Positions 1-8,991 are shown, counted from the first letter of the stretch. The stretch: DNA of 62,613 nt from Bacteroidota bacterium (GCA_031372705.1 JANMLV010000284.1:1-62613), one strand, 5' to 3'. Numbers and translations are program-made. The notes: a model not told the origin generated them from the sequence alone.

Positions 1-124
1 ATCTTTATACAAATAAACCATTTTTTTTAACACCAAAAACAAAACATAAACCTAAAAACTTCGCCAGCAAAATTGGTGGTCAATTTGCTTCGGCCTGATG
101 TGGTCAATTTGACCGGCGTGTGCA
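1..124. mobile_element. Terminal end of an IS21-family insertion sequence (element continues beyond the left edge of the window)
   Basis: GTGGTCAATTTG occurs twice with 24-bp spacing (76-87, 100-111), each copy followed by ..CGGC, and the segment ends in ...GACCGGCGTGTGCA (CA-3' terminus). This layout of subterminal repeats is typical of IS21 ends. No transposase is inside the window. Confidence 0.7.
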
Positions 125-396
125 CTCTCAGGATATAATAAGAGCAGCATGGAATAAGGGTATTTATACAAATAGCAACATCATCCTCCTGATCAGTTTC
201 GCCACGATATATGTGGTGAATTAATAGAATAAAGATTCTACGGAAATAGAGACTCAACAAACATTTGGGAAGTAGATCATATTAACCCAGTTGCAAATGG
301 TGGAACAGACGACTTAAGTAATTTACAGCCGTTATATTGGTTAAATAATGCTCGTAAGGTGATAAACTAAACTGGGTGTGTGATGAGGGTATTTAA
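125..396 (+). pseudogene. Small HNH endonuclease pseudogene, 5'-truncated by the IS end
   Basis: Manual translation over three frames gives SQDIIRAAWNKGIYTNSN / HPPDQFRHDICGELIE*RFYGNRDSTNIWEVDHINPVANGGTDDLSNLQPLYWLNNARK / GDKLNWVCDEGI*. HNH motif WEVDHI..GG.D.LSNLQPL..NN is present. Lesions: frameshift near 180, TAA at 230-232, frameshift near 358. Confidence 0.8.
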
Positions 397-466
397 AATC
401 TTCCCAATTCTCGAACACATATATAATTTTCTATAAGTGTGTCAGGTCTAATATAGTTTTGTTATT

Positions 467-703
467 TTAATCTTGACCTTTATCCTTTTCCTTCATTGTC
501 TTACTTTTCAAATGGCCAAGCTCGTTTAACCTGTCTTGTGATTGCTCTTGTTCAAATTCCTTTAGACCTAGCATTAATCCCTGAATGTATGAATTATCAG
601 ATTGTAAGCCCTTTATAACAGTTAACAGCATCACTGGTTCGTGTTTTGCCAAAATGTATCCACTGTTAAACCCCGTAATAAATTGTTTTTCCTCAAGTTT
701 CAT
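467..703 (-). CDS. Small hypothetical protein of the mobile-element edge
   Basis: 78-aa ORF whose start overlaps the stop of the HTH gene at 703 (translational coupling). Confidence 0.7.
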   Translation of the reverse strand: MKLEEKQFITGFNSGYILAKHEPVMLLTVIKGLQSDNSYIQGLMLGLKEFEQEQSQDRLNELGHLKSKTMKEKDKGQD

Positions 704-972
704 TAAAAAGTATTTTTTGCATGTTTATCTAAGTATTCATTTAGCGAGTCTTTGTCATAAAGAATAATCTTCTTTTCCGGCTGCGAATATCGAATTTGTC
801 CCTCATCCCGAAGTTTCTGAAGTGTGGTCTTACTTTTAATCCTCAGTTTTTCCATTACCTCTTCTCCGGAAATCCACTTATCCTCTTTAATGCCTTGTTC
901 CAATTTAATACGTTTAACCACCCTTTCAATAAGTGAATAAAATGCTTCATCTTCAATGCAAACGACATCCAT
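703..972 (-). CDS. Excisionase-like helix-turn-helix (HTH_17/MerR-type) protein
   Basis: 89 aa with WISGEEVMEKLRIKSKTTLQKLRDEGQIRYSQ..ILYDKDSLNEYL, typical of Bacteroidota mobile-element Xis-like proteins; lies next to the tRNA 3' end. Confidence 0.85.
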   Translation of the reverse strand: MDVVCIEDEAFYSLIERVVKRIKLEQGIKEDKWISGEEVMEKLRIKSKTTLQKLRDEGQIRYSQPEKKIILYDKDSLNEYLDKHAKNTF

Positions 973-1006
973 AAGTCAAATATAGATAATTTTTTAAACA
1001 TCGTAT

Positions 1007-1028
1007 TGTTGTACCTATGTTGTACCTA
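1007..1028. repeat. Perfect tandem 11-bp repeat TGTTGTACCTA x2, candidate integrase arm-type site
   Basis: Copies at 1007-1017 and 1018-1028, about 50 bp from the tRNA 3' end. The repeat is seen directly; the function is inferred. Confidence 0.5.
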
Positions 1029-1033
1029 AACCA

Positions 1034-1068
1034 TAAAGGCTTCGAAGAATATCTCTTCAAAGCCTTTA
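1034..1068 (-). terminator. Hairpin downstream of tRNA-Phe (probable terminator)
   Basis: Minus strand reads AAAGGCTTTGAAGA-gatat-TCTTCGAAGCCTTT, a 14-bp stem with one G-U pair. Confidence 0.6.
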
Positions 1069-1076
1069 CTTACTTG

Positions 1077-1149
1077 TGGTGTGGGGCGGGATCGAACCGC
1101 CGACACAAGGATTTTCAGTCCTTTGCTCTACCAACTGAGCTACCGCACC
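1077..1149 (-). tRNA. tRNA-Phe (GAA)
   Basis: Minus strand GGTGCGGTAGCTCAGTTGGTAGAGCAAAGGACTGAAAATCCTTGTGTCGGCGGTTCGATCCCGCCCCACACCA. D, anticodon (AAGGA/CTGAAAA/TCCTT) and T arms are intact; CCA is not encoded; C5-A68 mismatch in the acceptor stem. Confidence 0.95.
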
Positions 1150-1164
1150 ATTTTAATTCATTCA

Positions 1165-1270
1165 TTCGAACCGTCAACACAAGCCCGCCCGGTTGACCCG
1201 GTCGGACGGGGATTTTCAGTCCTTTGCTCTACCCCTGTCCGTCAACCGACGGAAACTGAGCTACCGCACC
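1165..1270 (-). pseudogene. Degenerate second tRNA-Phe copy with two palindromic insertions
   Basis: Matches the intact copy once inserts 1184-1210 (27 nt) and 1234-1253 (20 nt) are removed. The T stem is mutated and the 3' acceptor strand is missing. Confidence 0.85.
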
Positions 1271-1315
1271 ATTTTTTGGACGAATTTCACGCCCTTTCGG
1301 TTTTCTTTCGGAATG

Positions 1316-1323
1316 CAAAGGTA
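1316..1323 (-). promoter_or_regulatory. Bacteroidota -7 promoter element for the tRNA-Phe locus
   Basis: TACCTTTG (TAnnTTTG) on the minus strand, about 45 nt upstream of the degenerate tRNA copy. Confidence 0.65.
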
Positions 1324-1335
1324 ATATTTTGCTGT

Positions 1336-3639
1336 TTATTTTCCAATTCTAAAGTTATTTACCATGAAATTTTTGTCGGAAACCACGTCGTAGTAGGCAT
1401 GGAATGCCGTGTGACGGATTACCAATTCATCAAAATTAACCGGTGAATCGTCGCTGCAACGCACTTTTATGAGGCGAACGTCGGGGAGTAATTCCAGGTT
1501 TTCGGAAGCGCGAACCCAGCCGGACATTACATCGGTGCTCTGGGTTGGAGCTACGCTGCTTTCGCGGAGTAAGTTGCCGTTTGCGTCGTAATAGCCAAGG
1601 TTAATATAGGGATAAGCCATGCTGTTGATGTCGCTTTTTGCCCAGAATGATATTTCTATCCAAATGGTATCATGAGGCTCAATGGGTATTTCGGCCATAG
1701 GCAATACCTTTTTGTCGCTAAGGAAGGCACCGGAACCTAAAAATGCCTCTCCGCCGGGCGTATTTTCGAAACCATTGCGGTAAAATAGAGTTAAGGGCTG
1801 TTCTGCGCGATAAGGTGTTCCGGTTGGGGAAATGTAGTCGTGCAAGGTGTCTTTTACGGTTAGATAGTCGGCAATTGCTAAAACTTCGCCTTTTTGGGTA
1901 AGTGCGCTCGTTTCAAATGCGTATAATATGTATTCTTCGCGAGTGCTGAATTTTACGGAATGGTCTATAATAAATTGTTCGCCGGCAGTCATTGGCGAAG
2001 GCTTGGTCATAATTAATAATCGCTTCGCGTTAAATACGCCTCCTTCAGTTGGGTTGTTGATGTATGGATGTGAAACTAACTGCACATTATTTAACGTCTG
2101 ACTAAACGACGTGCGACTCGACATATAATTTACCAAGGGCAATCCGGTTTGGTAAGAAATTTCCATTGCTTGCGCAAAATTGCCGCGCGTGCGATCGATA
2201 TATATTTTTTCGGAGCCCTGAAAAAAGGAAGGTAAAAAAACAATTGCATCAAAATCGGCAGATGTATATGGCGTTCCTAAAAACATGTCGGAGAAATAGG
2301 TGTTTTTTCCATTGAACGGATTTTCTGCATTATTTGCTTGCATACGTTTTGCTGTTCCGGTAAACCAGATGAAACTTTCTATTGCCATTAACAGCACCAA
2401 TGAAATGGAAAATAAATAGGCGAGTTTATGATGACGCAATTTTATTTTTTTATGCAACATAAAAATTAAAACGGCAATTACCGACATGTATACATAATAA
2501 AATCCCCATGCAAATCGTCCGGGTGAACGAAATTGTTTTAAGGGTGTGATAATGTCCAACAAAAATTGTAATCCTAAATTAAAAGGAAAGGTCATCGAAA
2601 ATAATAATAGTAAAACTGCCGAGAATAAAAATTTCCCCATATCGCCCGGCAAAGGAATGCTTGCGCGTATTATCGATTTTTTGAACCGCAAACGCTTGAT
2701 GTAAATAAATAATAATATGAATAAAAAAATTAATCCCGTATATCCAACATAAGCATATCCCTCCGGATTAGATTGTCCAAAGTGGAATATTTTTCTTGCC
2801 TGATTAGTGAGTGTTCCGTTGTTAGGTAAAAATACCGATTGAAACGATGCCTTATATCTAAAAAAACCATATGGACTTTCGGGCCTGTCGCTCACACTAT
2901 CCGTAAAATGCATAAAGGCCATAATGCTGAATAATGGCAAGGCAGCAACAGCAAATAATTTGAATACGGAGATGTAATTTCTTTTATTGCTCACCCACAA
3001 AACAATGCCGTGAAATCCTATAAATAAAGCAGCAATTAAAACATAATACATGTGTATGAGTCCGAAAAAAATAATGGTAATCGTTGCGATAAGCATTGGC
3101 AGCCATGCATAATGTTTCTTTTTAATAACAATTAATTGCCACCAAATTAGCGGAACAAATAGGGCGTATCCCAACGCAAAATGTCCCCAAAATCTATCAA
3201 GTTGCGGACTCATCAACCCAATTACAATCGCCATGATGGCTGCATACCAAGCGGGTAATTGATAATGCCTTAATATTTTAAATAGTATTATTATCCCGCC
3301 CCATAACGATAACAGCAACAGCATATTTAATATGCCAATCGTATAATTGTGAATGGGGATGATATTATTATCAATAGCATTTAACATCCACGAAATCATT
3401 GGCTGATTATCGGTAAACACCACATGTTCGCCGTAGGGATAGTTCATGCCTGTAAAATGTGTGCCCGTGTCGTTGGCTACATACCAGGCGGGAGTGTAAT
3501 AGTTTTTAAATGCATCGCCGCCATTATTTAATAAATATTGATTGGGATGAAAAGCAATTTTGCTGAATACGCCCAAAATAATAACCAGACTTATTATTGC
3601 GAGCAGATAAATTGGTTTTATGCGCGTATTGTTTTTCAT
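1336..3639 (-). CDS. Multi-pass membrane protein, probable GT-C-fold (YfhO-like) glycosyltransferase with a C-terminal soluble domain
   Basis: 767 aa; about 10-12 hydrophobic segments in the N-terminal 430 aa, GGDAFKNYY / YPYGE / QFRSPGRF motifs; directly downstream of two GT2 genes. Confidence 0.6.
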   Translation of the reverse strand: MKNNTRIKPIYLLAIISLVIILGVFSKIAFHPNQYLLNNGGDAFKNYYTPAWYVANDTGTHFTGMNYPYGEHVVFTDNQPMISWMLNAIDNNIIPIHNYTIGILNMLLLLSLWGGIIILFKILRHYQLPAWYAAIMAIVIGLMSPQLDRFWGHFALGYALFVPLIWWQLIVIKKKHYAWLPMLIATITIIFFGLIHMYYVLIAALFIGFHGIVLWVSNKRNYISVFKLFAVAALPLFSIMAFMHFTDSVSDRPESPYGFFRYKASFQSVFLPNNGTLTNQARKIFHFGQSNPEGYAYVGYTGLIFLFILLFIYIKRLRFKKSIIRASIPLPGDMGKFLFSAVLLLLFSMTFPFNLGLQFLLDIITPLKQFRSPGRFAWGFYYVYMSVIAVLIFMLHKKIKLRHHKLAYLFSISLVLLMAIESFIWFTGTAKRMQANNAENPFNGKNTYFSDMFLGTPYTSADFDAIVFLPSFFQGSEKIYIDRTRGNFAQAMEISYQTGLPLVNYMSSRTSFSQTLNNVQLVSHPYINNPTEGGVFNAKRLLIMTKPSPMTAGEQFIIDHSVKFSTREEYILYAFETSALTQKGEVLAIADYLTVKDTLHDYISPTGTPYRAEQPLTLFYRNGFENTPGGEAFLGSGAFLSDKKVLPMAEIPIEPHDTIWIEISFWAKSDINSMAYPYINLGYYDANGNLLRESSVAPTQSTDVMSGWVRASENLELLPDVRLIKVRCSDDSPVNFDELVIRHTAFHAYYDVVSDKNFMVNNFRIGK

Positions 3640-4356
3640 TTATAGGCTTCTGAAAAATATCTTCAAAAAATTAATCGATTCTGCAAATAGTATTCCTGCG
3701 CGCATGCTGCTGAACTGTACGTTTTCTTTTAATTCAATAGGTATTGGCTGCACACGAATATTTTTATTGCGTGAAGCCAGAAATAAAAATTCTAAATCAA
3801 ATAAGTATCTTTCTATGGTAGTGCTCAGGAAAACAGATTTGCCTTTTTGGTTAAATCCTTTTAATCCGCATTGCGTATCCGTTACTTTTAATCGCAATAC
3901 AAATCCTGTGCAAGCTCTAAGCAGTCGTGAAATAAATTTCCTAAACGGTGGCACATGCTTGTAATAATTTTCATCTTTTATACCTGCTGCAATATCTGTT
4001 TCATTATTTGCTAGTTGATGCCATACTTTTAAAAAGCTTTTCGTAGTGTACGGAAAATCAACATCAGTATAAATGCAATAATTGCCGGTTGATGCTTCAA
4101 CACCTTTGCGCAATGCGTAACCTTTACCTCTGTTTTCCGGATAATTAATGTATAAAAAATTGGGAATATTATTTTTAATTTCAGCAACTAAATTGTCGGT
4201 AATTCCTTTTGCTGCGCCATCGTTAATTAAAATTAATTTGATGTTTACGTCAGGTAATTGCTGTTTGATTTCATTAAATGATTGTATAATATTATTATTC
4301 CAACCGGATATCGGGTTGTAACAAGGTAATATAATATCGAGCGATTGTTGTTCCAC
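3640..4356 (-). CDS. GT2 glycosyltransferase (polyprenyl-phosphate glycosyltransferase-like)
   Basis: IILPCYN, INDGA, NRGKGYALRKG, YTDVDF (DxD) and DTQCGLKGF motifs. Confidence 0.9.
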   Translation of the reverse strand: MEQQSLDIILPCYNPISGWNNNIIQSFNEIKQQLPDVNIKLILINDGAAKGITDNLVAEIKNNIPNFLYINYPENRGKGYALRKGVEASTGNYCIYTDVDFPYTTKSFLKVWHQLANNETDIAAGIKDENYYKHVPPFRKFISRLLRACTGFVLRLKVTDTQCGLKGFNQKGKSVFLSTTIERYLFDLEFLFLASRNKNIRVQPIPIELKENVQFSSMRAGILFAESINFLKIFFRSL

Positions 4357-4358
4357 TA

Positions 4359-5078
4359 TTATTTAAAAATGCCGTATCTAATAATACAATACATGGCTCT
4401 AATGCCATCTTTCCAATTTATTTTTTTTCCTTCTGCGTAAGTTCTCCCGTAGTAAGAAATGCCAACTTCGTAAATAGTAATATTTTTTATTTTGGCTAGT
4501 TTTTGCGTTAATTCAGGTTCAAAGCCAAATCTATTTTCTTTTAAATGAATAGATTGCAACATGCTTGTGCGCACTAACTTGTAACATGTTTCCATATCGG
4601 TTAAGTTGAGGTTGCTGAACATGTTTGAAAGATTAGTCAAAAACTTATTGCCTATTGAATGCCAGTAAAATAAAATGCGATGTGGATTGCCGCCCATAAA
4701 CCTGCTGCCATAAACAACATCTGCACCTCTTTCAATAACAGGTTTTAATAGGATATTAAATTCGTTAGGGTCGTATTCTAAATCGGCGTCTTGCACAATA
4801 GTATAATCGCCGGAGGCATTTTTTATTCCTGTATGTAATGCGGCGCCTTTGCCTTTGTTTTTTTCATGATGAAATGCACGAATATCTAAATTGGGATTTG
4901 CATCAATAAATACTTGTAATTTTTCGGAGGTTTTATCTTTGGAACAATCGTTAACTACAATAATTTCCATAGCAATGTTTTCCGCAAGTTTTACGGTGCT
5001 CAATGTGGTTAATATAGTTTGAATTGTGGCCTCTTCGTTGTAGGCAGGAACAATTACACTCAGTTTTTTTACGCCCAT
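4359..5078 (-). CDS. GT2 glycosyltransferase (DPM1/ArnC-like)
   Basis: VPAYNEE, VNDCSKD, NKGKGAAL, QDADLEYDP, DMETCYK and FGFEPE motifs. Confidence 0.92.
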   Translation of the reverse strand: MGVKKLSVIVPAYNEEATIQTILTTLSTVKLAENIAMEIIVVNDCSKDKTSEKLQVFIDANPNLDIRAFHHEKNKGKGAALHTGIKNASGDYTIVQDADLEYDPNEFNILLKPVIERGADVVYGSRFMGGNPHRILFYWHSIGNKFLTNLSNMFSNLNLTDMETCYKLVRTSMLQSIHLKENRFGFEPELTQKLAKIKNITIYEVGISYYGRTYAEGKKINWKDGIRAMYCIIRYGIFK

Positions 5079-5136
5079 GTTGATATGAGGGTAAAAATAA
5101 AGTATTTACTTGGTAAAGGGAAGGTGTTACGAGCAC

Positions 5137-6105
5137 TTATTGCTCACGTGTGCCACCCTTAACTACTGATGTTGTTGGTAATTTTAATTCGTAAGAAGCT
5201 CCGGCTTTAACCGTTAAAAGGTTACTGCGCAGCCAAGGGTTATAAAATTTAAGCATTTTGTAGTTCGTACCATGCTCATTTGCAAAAACGGCAAGATCGG
5301 GGATGCTGGTATTTACTTTCACTAATTTATATTCTAACGGATTGTAAAGGTCTTCCGGTGTTAGAAAGAAGCCGTATTTCTCGTTATTTTCAAAAATTAT
5401 TTTATAGGCAACGGCTCTAAAAATATAGCGAGATGTTTCATCTTTCAGATATAAATCGTAGTAGGCATCTTGTTTTTGATAATTAACTGCTCCTTCAATA
5501 GCGCCCATTCCTGCATTATAACTAGCAGCTGCTAAAGTCCAATTATTAAATTTTGCGTAAGCATCTTTTAAATATTTAGTAGCAGCTAATGTTGATTTTT
5601 CCATATCGTAACGCTCATCAATTTCGGCGTTAATGGTTAAACCGTATTGCAATCCTGTGGCTTTTAAAAATTGCCAATATCCATGTGCTTCTGAAGGGGA
5701 AATAACATTGCGTAAACCGCTTTCCGCTATCGCGAGATATTTAAAATCGTCGGGGATATTGTTTTCTTTTAAAATTGGTTCAATGATAGGAAACCAGCGA
5801 TTGGACAATTTCAAATTTTGAATCATGTTAGAATGCCAATATCCATTTACAGTTAATTCGCGGTCGAGGCGTTCGCGTACTTCAAAATCGTTGAGCGGCA
5901 GTGGTTCGCCGGCAAAGCTCACTGTAGCGGGCATTTTGGCAGCAAAATAACGAATGGTATTTACATCATCGGCAAATGTGCGCAGCGTGTCGGTCGCCAT
6001 AGGTTGTGCAACACTGTCGGGACTATTATTTCCTGAAACAGCGAAGCCTATAAATATACTAATACCAACAAATGCACCAATGAGGATGTAATGAATTTTT
6101 TTCAT
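5137..6105 (-). CDS. Lytic transglycosylase (SLT domain)
   Basis: YLAIAESGL (catalytic Glu), AHGYWQF and AAASYNAG motifs; start placed at MKKIHY. Confidence 0.9.
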   Translation of the reverse strand: MKKIHYILIGAFVGISIFIGFAVSGNNSPDSVAQPMATDTLRTFADDVNTIRYFAAKMPATVSFAGEPLPLNDFEVRERLDRELTVNGYWHSNMIQNLKLSNRWFPIIEPILKENNIPDDFKYLAIAESGLRNVISPSEAHGYWQFLKATGLQYGLTINAEIDERYDMEKSTLAATKYLKDAYAKFNNWTLAAASYNAGMGAIEGAVNYQKQDAYYDLYLKDETSRYIFRAVAYKIIFENNEKYGFFLTPEDLYNPLEYKLVKVNTSIPDLAVFANEHGTNYKMLKFYNPWLRSNLLTVKAGASYELKLPTTSVVKGGTREQ

Positions 6106-6110
6106 GCTGC

Positions 6111-6614
6111 TTATTTTTTCTTGTATACCGGAACCGTTGAACATGGTTCGCCATACATAATACTTTTAACTAACGGACGAAGTAATCGTGTTATTTCAAG
6201 ATACGCTTCAGGTGGAACGGGTTTATCGCTGCAACCTTTAATTATTACACGTTGATCGCGAAATTGTTCCTTTTCTACATTTGCCAATGCCTTATAAAAT
6301 AATTGCTTAATAGTTGTTTCTTTATCACCCATTGTAATTGTTTTTGCAAAGGGTTCTGCATTGGCAACAATAAGCATCCATGCCCAATTCGGAATAATGG
6401 CATCTGCAGAGCAAAACACAGCCAAATGTTTATCGCTATAATCGCTCCAATTTATTGCAGCTAATGCTTCTCTGAAATCTTTTTCGCGCAGTATTAATCC
6501 TCTGAACAAATAGTCTTTCAAGTCGAAAAGGACAATTTGATTTTCATCCGGGAAATACGTTTCCAGGTCGAATGAAATGATGCCGCTTTGTGCTACTTTA
6601 TTTACGAATTCCAC
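6111..6614 (-). CDS. DUF2480-family protein
   Basis: NKVAQSGIISFDLE, CSADAIIPNWA and KSIMYGEPCSTVPVYK are characteristic; GTG start. Confidence 0.85.
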   Translation of the reverse strand: MEFVNKVAQSGIISFDLETYFPDENQIVLFDLKDYLFRGLILREKDFREALAAINWSDYSDKHLAVFCSADAIIPNWAWMLIVANAEPFAKTITMGDKETTIKQLFYKALANVEKEQFRDQRVIIKGCSDKPVPPEAYLEITRLLRPLVKSIMYGEPCSTVPVYKKK

Positions 6615-6664
6615 TTTTTAGGATTTGTGTTATTTCAAAATTACGCAATTCTATATAAAAATTT

Positions 6665-6722
6665 TCCCGCAGATGGCGCCGGTTTTGCAGTTTTGAGGCT
6701 GCTTTCGACGAAATCTGCGGGA
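6665..6722. repeat. Intergenic inverted repeat (REP-like element or terminator)
   Basis: TCCCGCAGAT (6665-6674) pairs with ATCTGCGGGA (6713-6722). Confidence 0.5.
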
Positions 6723-6774
6723 GCAATGGTTAAGAACTGCTATAGTTCCTAACGGTAATTTATGCTAAAAAGTT

Positions 6775-8955
6775 TTATTCCCCGTATAAATAACGGTTGT
6801 CGGTAACTTTCGCTTTTTCTTTTAATTCAGTTAATAGTGTTTGTCCTTGGAACTTGTTCTGCATGGCATAAGTCAACTGATTCTTGTTGATGTTATAATC
6901 AGGTGTTTCAGGAACAGGCACAAATTCTATCGGTTGAGCAATGTAAACACCGCGAACACCTTCAATTACTGCTGTTGTTTTTCCTTGTTCAGTTCCGAAT
7001 ACTGCACCAATTACTTTTGGTTCGCGACCTAAAATAGGCGCATTAGCAGAACCGAAGCTTGCATTGCGCACTGTGTCAACTCTTGCACCAATTTTTGCTG
7101 CAATGGCATCCAATGAACTTCCACCGGCCATAGCATCGGTAATTTGTTTGCCTAATTGAGCTGCTTTTTTCTCTTTAATAACTTCTACTTCAATAATTTC
7201 TTTAATGTTTTCTAATTCAGCAATTCCGTTTACGCGCACATCTTTTACGTATGCAACAATAACGCGGTCAGACATATTGAAATATTTGAAATCATTTTTA
7301 TTGGCATCAAATGCCCAAGTAATCATTTCACGTGTATTTTCTAAACCCGGAACTTCATACATGCTTTTTGTTAACGGTTGTGTAACACGTTTAAATAATT
7401 TCATATCAATTGCACCTTGTTCAAAAGTTTCGGCAGTTTGATATTTATCGTAAAATGCACTTGCTTGTTTTTCAATTGAATCGATGGTTTCTTTACCTGC
7501 ACCAATTCCTTTACTTAAGTATGCAACGTTTACAAATTCTTTCTTGTTTTTTAATTCGTTAATTTCAACAATATGATAACCATACTGTGTTTTAACGATT
7601 TCATTTTTACCGGTTGTTCCTGTTTTAAATAAATAGGCTTTTAATTCAGGTAAAATATTTATTGCAGGAGTTGACCATCCCAAATCACCACCTTGTTGAG
7701 CAGTGGTTTGATCTTCAGAATATTGAATGGCAAGTGCTGTAAAATCACCACCGTTATCAATAGCACCTTTAATACTGTCGATTAAATTTTTAGCTGTAAC
7801 ACTATCGCGCTCAGCAGTAATACCAACAAAAATGTGACGAGCTTTTACTGAATCCGGCATTATATCACGGCTTTTAATTTTAGCCATGCGATACATCCCG
7901 CCGTTTTCAAACGGACCAACAAATGTGCCTACAGCAGTTGTAAAATATTGATTTACAACATTTGAGTCGATGCCTTGAGCATATAAGTCGGTACGACTAT
8001 AATTTGAATTACCAAATTTATCAGGATCTTCTGAACGCGATACAATATAAACTGAATCGCTTTTTGAAGCCATCATTTTTGTAACACTTTCGTTAAGTGC
8101 TTTTAATGTTGCGGCGCTGTCGGCAGCAGTTGGCAAAAAGTCCCATGATACATATTCTAAAACGCGACCTTCTGTTTGCTTATATTTATTTTTATTCTCG
8201 TTGTAGTAGGTTTTTAATTCGGCATCGGTAACAGTAATAGTAGAGTCAACTATTGATGCATAAGGCAATGTAACAAATACAAATGTGCCTCTTGTATTAC
8301 TTGTTGTATAATTGCGTTTAGCCATCCACTCAGGAACATAATTTGCTTTGGTAAACAAGTTCATGTATTTGCCTTGCTTGTAATCGCGTTTAGCAACTTG
8401 TTCACGAGAAATAAATTGGTAGTATTCCTGGCGTGCCTGCGGATTATTTTGCTGTGTTTCTTGGTTAGAAATATTATCTACAAAACCCGGTAATATTGAA
8501 GGGTCGTATTGGCCTGTTTGTGAAAGACCGATGTAATAATTTTTAATGGCAGGATGAGGATCCGGACCATAAATCAAGTTGCTAAATTCTTCAGGTGTAA
8601 CGGTAAGACCTAAATCTTCAAGATTCTTGTCGATTAATTTTTCGTTTACAAACTCAGTCCAAGATTGTTCGCTGATGCTGAATTCAGTTTTAGGGTCTAA
8701 TTGATATTGACCTTGCTCGTATGCAATTACCTGATTGTTAAAAGTCAGGTATTCTAAAATAGATTTACCACGGCGCTCGGCATATTCATCGCGATTTACC
8801 TCTTCACCGGCAATTTCGGCAAATTTGGGAGCCTTGTTTTTGTTGAAAATACCTGTATTAGAATTGGTAGCATCTTGCACCAAAAACAATACTAAACTCA
8901 GGGTTATCAAGCCTACGACTACCCATGAATACTTGCGAATCTTAGAAATTAGCAT
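6775..8955 (-). CDS. SurA-N-domain peptidyl-prolyl isomerase (PpiD-like chaperone)
   Basis: N-terminal membrane anchor MLISKIRKYSWVVVG, SurA_N region and a parvulin domain (VKARHI..DFTALAIQYSEDQTTAQQGGDLGW..TQYGYHI). Confidence 0.88.
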   Translation of the reverse strand: MLISKIRKYSWVVVGLITLSLVLFLVQDATNSNTGIFNKNKAPKFAEIAGEEVNRDEYAERRGKSILEYLTFNNQVIAYEQGQYQLDPKTEFSISEQSWTEFVNEKLIDKNLEDLGLTVTPEEFSNLIYGPDPHPAIKNYYIGLSQTGQYDPSILPGFVDNISNQETQQNNPQARQEYYQFISREQVAKRDYKQGKYMNLFTKANYVPEWMAKRNYTTSNTRGTFVFVTLPYASIVDSTITVTDAELKTYYNENKNKYKQTEGRVLEYVSWDFLPTAADSAATLKALNESVTKMMASKSDSVYIVSRSEDPDKFGNSNYSRTDLYAQGIDSNVVNQYFTTAVGTFVGPFENGGMYRMAKIKSRDIMPDSVKARHIFVGITAERDSVTAKNLIDSIKGAIDNGGDFTALAIQYSEDQTTAQQGGDLGWSTPAINILPELKAYLFKTGTTGKNEIVKTQYGYHIVEINELKNKKEFVNVAYLSKGIGAGKETIDSIEKQASAFYDKYQTAETFEQGAIDMKLFKRVTQPLTKSMYEVPGLENTREMITWAFDANKNDFKYFNMSDRVIVAYVKDVRVNGIAELENIKEIIEVEVIKEKKAAQLGKQITDAMAGGSSLDAIAAKIGARVDTVRNASFGSANAPILGREPKVIGAVFGTEQGKTTAVIEGVRGVYIAQPIEFVPVPETPDYNINKNQLTYAMQNKFQGQTLLTELKEKAKVTDNRYLYGE

Positions 8956-8991
8956 ACTATAATGTCAGATTTTAATTTTATATTGGGGTTG

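Noticed and set aside
27-260. 77-aa minus-strand ORF
   Set aside because: It is antisense to the HNH pseudogene and the IS end, with no recognisable motif.
1081-1446. 121-aa plus-strand ORF (MGRDRTADTRIFSPLLYQLSYRT...)
   Set aside because: It is the antisense reading of the two tRNA-Phe copies and the end of the GT-C-like gene.
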